Origin: the human T2T-CHM13v2.0 reference genome, Homo sapiens
Direction: 5' to 3'
DNA: 64,000 bases
Assembly: GCA_009914755.4 (NCBI GenBank)
Contig: CP068257.2
Span: 14,368,001-14,432,000, forward strand
Under the pieces are notes generated by a model. It was not told where the DNA came from. It saw only the letters and a program-made list of their open reading frames with translations, and did not search any database. Below are positions 57,961 through 64,000 of this stretch, in pieces; position 1 is the first letter of the stretch, and each line of letters opens with the position of its first letter. A program made the position numbers and the translations under genes.

Positions 57961-58726
57961 CATATGACTGCATTCTTTTTGCAAGGGGGGTGGAGGGAGA
58001 GCGGGGAAGGAGGGGGTGTCAGCTCAACTGTAAAAGCTGCACAGATTTTTTTTCTTTCTCTCTCTCTGCCTCTCCATAGATTGTTTCTGTTTCATGCCCT
58101 GTCTCATTTCGCATAGCTAAAAAAGAATGCTAATTAAGATCCCTTGTCTTAACCTGAAAAATAATGACTCGGCTGTAATTAGAAATCTGGTGAGAGTTTA
58201 AAAATTCTGGTAGGGGACCAAAAACATCAGTTACGGTGCTTAGGAAGAAAATGAAGAATTATTTTTCTGAAATCAAGGTAAACATGGGAGAGGGGGGTTC
58301 CCCCCATCTTTTTAACCAATTTTAACCAATGGTGTTCTACTGCAGATGAGAAGATACTGTATTTCAAAAACTATTTTAACCATCAAATTGAAGGAACACA
58401 AATCAGTAGCAATAGAAGCCTTCTTAATCCTCCTTAGGATGCAATTCAGATGAAAGAACTGCTTTTTCTATTTTTCTTTTTGTGTGTGTGTGTTATAGAT
58501 GGATCTGAGAACGCTGTCTGGGCTTGGTACCAAGAGCTGGTATTTCACAGCAGCGACCGCCTCACAGACGAGCTGTGGGAAGCAGGAGGGAGACTCTCTC
58601 TTAGGGTGCCACTACTATGGAGACACAGCTGGGCTGAACAAGATTTGCTTCAAACGACAACAAGAGAGACAGAAAGTATCTGGTTCAACCGCTGCCCGAG
58701 CAGGCAGGCACCAGAAGAGCTAGCAG

Positions 58727-58788
58727 CCAATCCGGCCATGCTCGAAGCCAGCTCTGCAGCTCAGCCAATCAGTGACATCATTGGTGAG
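58727..58788 (+). promoter_or_regulatory. Second CCAAT cluster: CCAAT at 58727 and 58765, ATTGG at 58780, immediately followed by GGTGAG (58783-58788)
   Basis: The sequence reads agcagCCAATccggccatgctcgaagccagctctgcagctcagCCAATcagtgacatcATTGGTGAGaaactc. Three NF-Y-type boxes lie within 60 bp, with CpGs retained in and around them (ccggcc, ctcgaag). Confidence 0.3.
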
Positions 58789-58849
58789 AAACTCATTTAC
58801 ATCATGCAGTAATGAACTTTGTTTAACATAGACTTCCCCCTTTCCTGTC

Positions 58850-58861
58850 ACCCCCCCCCCC
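58850..58861. repeat. Poly-C homopolymer, 12 C
   Basis: The run tgtcacccccccccccctttcc is visible directly. Confidence 0.9.
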
Positions 58862-58954
58862 TTTCCATATTAGGTCCTTCCATTAATTATTCTGCTGGCA
58901 TAATTTAAACCGCTATGCAAAAATGTGGCTACATTCTCTCTGATGGCTTTTACC

Positions 58955-58969
58955 TCCCCCCCCCCCCCC
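58955..58969. repeat. Poly-C homopolymer, 15 C, immediately followed by ATTGG
   Basis: The run ttacctcccccccccccccccattggtg is visible directly. Confidence 0.9.
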
Positions 58970-61900
58970 ATTGGTGTCTGCCGTCACTGAAAGTGATTCT
59001 GGGTACAATTCTATTTTGTTTTGAACTTGCAAAAATTATCTTCTCTTTCTTAAAAAAAATTCTTAACAACATTAAACCTCTGTTTATATTGTCTGATCCC
59101 TCTTCTTATGAATGAATACATGCTTCTCCAAGTTGGGGTTCAGAATTGTACAAGGCAACAGAGAATAAGGTGTGCATTGCCATGGAAGTTGCAGGTTTTT
59201 CAAACAATCTGTATCTTAGAACTTCCTTTAACGTTTCCAGATTTTATGCTGCAGTGGCCATTTTACATACAGTGCTTTATCCAAAAAGCACTTGTATGCA
59301 TCTGTCACATGGAGGAAAGTTCACTCTTGTTATATTTCATTCTCCACTGCTCTCAGCCAACATTGTCATTTTATTAATGAATAGAACTGAGGTCATTTCT
59401 GGACAAATCTCCCCCTTCCCATCCCAGCACAATGCACCTGATTTGCATCCATTTACTAGAAAAAATGAATACAAGAACCAGCTTGAAAAGAAGTTAAGGG
59501 ACCAGCTTACGTATTATTTCAGAATATATTGCAGTAATACAGTTTGTTTTTTTAAAATGTGTAATATTTAACATTTGCCTTAGTGTTTCTATAAAAATGC
59601 CTGCTATCCATTTGCAATGTAATACCTTTAGCAAATTTATAGGATTGTTACATAACCAAAGTAGATCAAATTAAATAACGTTCACAAATGAGTTCATTTA
59701 TCTGCAGAAAACCTGTGGAAATACAATTTTGCCTTGCACATTTGTATTTAGTTGTCAGGGATAAAGTCATTTTTTCTATAGATAACTTAAAGAGGCTGGA
59801 ACATGTGGCATGTGAAGATTTCAGGTTGCTTTATAAAATCCCAGAGAGCAAAACTGGGTCACACTTCAATGCAATTTCTATTAAGTCATATCTTTATTGC
59901 ATATTTGCGTTAAAGGCGCACAGTTTTCTAGCAGAGAAGGTGAAGTTTCATTGTCTTTCTTTTAAAAGGATGTTTTGAATATAATTATTCAAAAACATGG
60001 AATTTTAAAAATATTGACAAGGGTTTCATAATAGTGCATGATTCATTTAAGAAGCTTAGAGAATGCAATGATAGGCATAGTCACTTTTTAAAGCATATGA
60101 AGGATTTAGATGGGAAACCATGGCCCTTTTAATTCATGAGGCATTCCATCATCCCATCATCAGTATTCAGGGGGCGACTGTCCTGAATCAGTCACGAGCT
60201 CCCCTGCTGCAGATCCTGTAATTTGAATCATGTGTAATAATATATTATCCTACTGGGGGCCTTCTTTCAGTAGGAGAATGGTTTATACATTCTGCTGTAA
60301 GAGAACTTTTGGCTTCTAGCCGACTCACAGCTATTACTCACATAGGCAATCACGATCGTCTTCCTTAAGGAATAACATCTGCACAACCTCCAGAGCCAAA
60401 AATCTGCAACCTCCCGCACAGTATGAATTATGATTTCTTGGAATTGGGAACACTTGACAAACTGAAGTAGAAAAATGGAAGGTTTAAAGGAATGGATCAA
60501 CATTTTATTGAGTGTGCCATGTGGCGACAGCGCAAACTCCCATTCCTTTGAAATGATGGAGAATGGTGAGGAAAGGGGGCCAAAAATATACCTACATGTG
60601 TTCATTTGATTTTTAGACACAGCCGAAATGTAATGTGTTTTATGAAGACGTGGCTGCCTCTGTGTTTTTCTGTGGACATCCTAGCAAGGTCCTGTAAAGG
60701 GCGTAGCAACGTGGAGAAATAAATGGGGGGCGAAGGTGGTCGTGAAAGCAGAGAAATTGTCTCCCCTCGAGAAGGAAGCAATGTAATGTAGCAGGAACCA
60801 TTTTGACCCCGGAGTTAAAAATTATAGTGTACCTCCGACTCTTTCTCTTGTTATCACCTTGATCAGATCACTTAATTTCTTTCCATTTTCTCCTGCATTC
60901 AAAAATTCAAGACAATGCCAGCATAGAGATTTTCTCTTTGTGTGAAATGCCTTCCCATTTTTTAAGAGTCTAGATCCTTTTTTGCTTCAAGGACCAAGTT
61001 AAATGTCTCCTCTTCTGTGAAATCTCTCCAAATCATCACGACCAGAATCTCTCACTTCTCCACCCCTTTTCATCTCCTTTATTGCCTGTGTGCCAGTCAG
61101 TATTGCTGTAGGGCCACATGTGTGTACGTCTTTGCCACTAGACTGAAAGCCCCTTGGGGACAGAGACCACATTGAATTCTTCCACCCCCAGCTCTAAGAA
61201 TAATGAATGATGCTCCTAAGGTTCAAATCCATGTTTTAATTAATGAATTATAAGTACATTATAAATTGCAGAGGGAGGGTCATACAAATTCTGGGGATTA
61301 CAATTATTGTTGTCAACTATTACCACTATGTACCAGTTGATGTCAGCTTTACCTCATCAATGTTAAGCCTTTTATTTCACTGGCCCTTCATAATAAATCT
61401 CAGATTAAATGGTCCTTGTATTATTTTTCTTAAATAGCCAGTCATAAGGAAATGCAAATCATTTTGTTTATTAAATATAAAATTGAGCCAACTTAGTTGG
61501 TGTTTAAAAACTTAAAAATAGGTGAAATTTATGTAGATTCAAGCAACCATGATAAGCAAATTACAGTATCCAGCTCTACTGTTCATGATATGAAAAATTA
61601 CTTGGAAAAGGTAAGCAGTTAACATGGAATGTTGAAATGCTTTACAAAGCATAATAAATCAGGAAATATAGAATCCCATGTCAGCGTTATAATTAATGTA
61701 TGTATTTTTAATCTGTAAACTAGTACAATAATCTTGAGTGATTTCTAGATGTTTTTGATATAATCTGATAACATAATGCCAAAGCATGATTGATTTTATG
61801 TTAGTTATCTATTTAAGTTTATACTTTTGGTTATTATACTACTGCTAAGAGGAAATTAATGTTTTGGCAAAAATGATATTTTTGTTAATGTTTGAAAATC

Positions 61901-64000
61901 GTCTTTAGATTTAAAAATATATTTTAAACTGTTTTTCACTACCTTTTATGAGAAGAGAATGAAATAATTAGAAAATATATATATCTTTACTTTTATATCT
62001 GGAAAAATAGAAATTTCAGAGCTTGAAATCAGCTTAAGTATTTTGTAAAAGTATTAGAGAGGAAAAGTATCTCGCCCAAAATACGTACTTTCAAGTTCCC
62101 GGGACAGCTAAGACTGGTGTCAAGAATTCGGAAAGACTGGGTCAATATTTTTTTACCCTACCAAATAATCTTCATGTTAAAAACCAGCAAGATAGGATTA
62201 TACAATTTTATAGTACTAACATAAATTACATTTACTTATGTAATCCAATACTGTATGTAGAATTCACATATCATAGGGAAAAATGGGAGACTGGACCTTA
62301 TTGAGCTGTATTTTTCCACTATCCTACAATAATGCAATTGGGTCCTAATAAATAATCATTTATATTAGTATTCTTTAAAAATAATTATGGTTATGATGAA
62401 GTAAAAATGGAAATGATATCTGGGTTCACTCTGCTAGCTCTGAATTCAGTTAACACAGATATTGTATCTTAATGACAAGATTGGTTAAATAGATTTGGGT
62501 GGGTCAGTTTGAACTTTTTTTAACCAATGAATTATACTGTTATTCTTAATCTTTTTTATTCTGCTTAAGTCTCCAGTTATCCCAAAGATGAGATATTTGC
62601 ATCTAGCCAATTATTTAAAAATATAATTCTGGACCTTGTAAATACTGAGAGATGAATTGTGCCCACTTAGAAACGAATGTTTCTCAAAGACAATAAAAAT
62701 AGTAGGACTGTCCAGCATCTTCTGTTTAGAAAATTACAGTTAAGAGTTCAGAGAGTGACTGAGAAAATGTAAAGCATCTTAAAGAAAATGTTACTTTACT
62801 TCCTAATTTAAGACGTGGTAACTGACAGCCGTGTGCATTTGAATACTATTTTGTTTTTCTAAATTTATTAAAGTAATGATAAACAAGATAGAAATAATGT
62901 AACACCCCCCCATACTGGTACTTATTGATACCATAATTGTACGGTCCTTATTCCAAAATTAATTATTGAATTAGGAAAGTGGAGTAAATATTAGGGCATA
63001 GGCTTACACAGCAAAACTAGTAAGTTTGTGATTGAGAATTGCTTATTTGTAAGATGGCAAAGAAATAGATAAAACTGACCTAAAACATTTGCATATTCTG
63101 GCTTTTTTTCCTGCTTAACCCTTACGACATGATTTAAAAGCAGTATCAATATATTTCGGTGTTTACCGAGTATTTCCACGAACTGAAGATAACACATCTT
63201 GTTATTGATCAGTGAGGTTGCTCTGTAACTGGTTGCTGAACCAAGAGGAGGAACAAAAGGCTTTGAGTTAATGGCTAATATTTGCTGGGGCCTAATATTT
63301 CCACTATATGCCATATGCTACACTATGTGCTATGCACACATTCTTTCATTTAATTCTCAAATCAATCCTTTGGTATAATTACTATCCTTATTTTACAAAA
63401 CTGAGAAAATTGAGTTTCAAAAAGGCTAAGCCACTCCTCAAAGTCACATGACTAACAAGCAGCAAAAGAGGGATTTGAACGAAGGATTCTGACTTGAGAG
63501 AATGCATTCCTAATCATTCCAAACTGAATAATCAGTACATGTGATTTTGCTGTTTGCTGTAGAAACAGATTTTTTATATATATTACATTCATTAATGGTG
63601 TATCTGGTTCAGTTTTTTAAATGTTCACATATATTTTTACCTTAGCATTTTATAGGTCAGTTTGAAAGCTATTGAGTTCGCAATAATATCTACATTAATA
63701 TTTTCTTCATATTTTGGTATTTCTGCACCCAATCAGATCATTTAGGTAATACATACCAAAACAATTTCTAAACAGTGACATACCAGACAAATGTAAGGTC
63801 ATGTTAGTAGTAAAATGTCTTTGTAAGTCTGAATTACTAAAAATAAGTATTAGACTAAATGTTTCCATTTCCTCTTTTTCCTAGATATTTTACTTATTAA
63901 ATATAACACCTATTTTATGACAAAATTAATTCTCATTAATTTGGCAGTTGCAGAATGTCACTTTGGCTTATTTAGACCCTGACTATCCAGACATGTAAGG

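Noticed and set aside
58450-58812. ORF 58450-58812 (120 aa, MKELLFLFFF...) inside the CpG-retaining block, considered as a possible small protein-coding first exon
   Set aside because: I recognise no protein similarity. It has poly-Phe/low-complexity N-terminal residues from a T-rich tract, and the alternative frame 58499-58723 is equally open. The CpG and CCAAT features are better explained as regulatory DNA. Retained only as part of the regulatory finding.

Overview
This window reads as primate, almost certainly human, nuclear DNA: an AT-rich, gene-poor stretch built mostly of interspersed repeats. I found no convincing protein-coding exon, tRNA, rRNA or prokaryotic-type system. Every long ORF in the supplied track is explained by a repeat or by composition: L1 ORF2 remnants, Alu translations, frames left open by a tandem repeat, or GC-rich DNA with few stop codons.

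Recognisable repeat content, all by eye against remembered consensus sequences:
- At least 15 Alu copies, several with clear target-site duplications and A-tails, including a head-to-tail pair.
- Two L1PA-like 3' fragments at 2101-4000 and 40132-40272.
- Older L1 fragments at ~23.4 kb, 37.1-39.3 kb, 46.6-49.5 kb and 50.4-53.1 kb.
- MaLR LTRs of the THE1/MST and MLT1 types at 6.76-7.41 kb, 26.57-26.95 kb, 34.53-34.75 kb, 41.57-42.0 kb and 43.02-43.54 kb.
- An ERVL MLT2-like LTR at ~28.05-28.84 kb.
- A Tigger2-like DNA transposon at 1.70-2.07 kb, a MIR, and L2-like fragments.

The most interesting non-repeat signals are:
1. A ~3.3 kb block at 57.6-60.9 kb that keeps CpGs against a CpG-depleted background and carries paired CCAAT boxes with TATA-like spacing, homeodomain-type TAAT cores and two long poly-C tracts. 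It is a candidate unannotated promoter or cluster of conserved regulatory elements.
2. An ~870 bp minisatellite of a 27-bp unit (about 32 copies) that arose by amplifying a piece of L1 ORF2 inside an old L1.
3. An ~840 bp palindromic structure at 27.04-27.88 kb, with ~255 bp arms of about 88% identity around a ~330 bp loop.
4. A 1.7 kb GC-rich but CpG-poor insertion inside an old L1M, containing a 70-bp minisatellite; I read it as a candidate ERV solo LTR.
5. A ~745 bp-period direct duplication at 34.26-35.25 kb.

All family names rest on memory, not on a database search, and the confidences reflect that.
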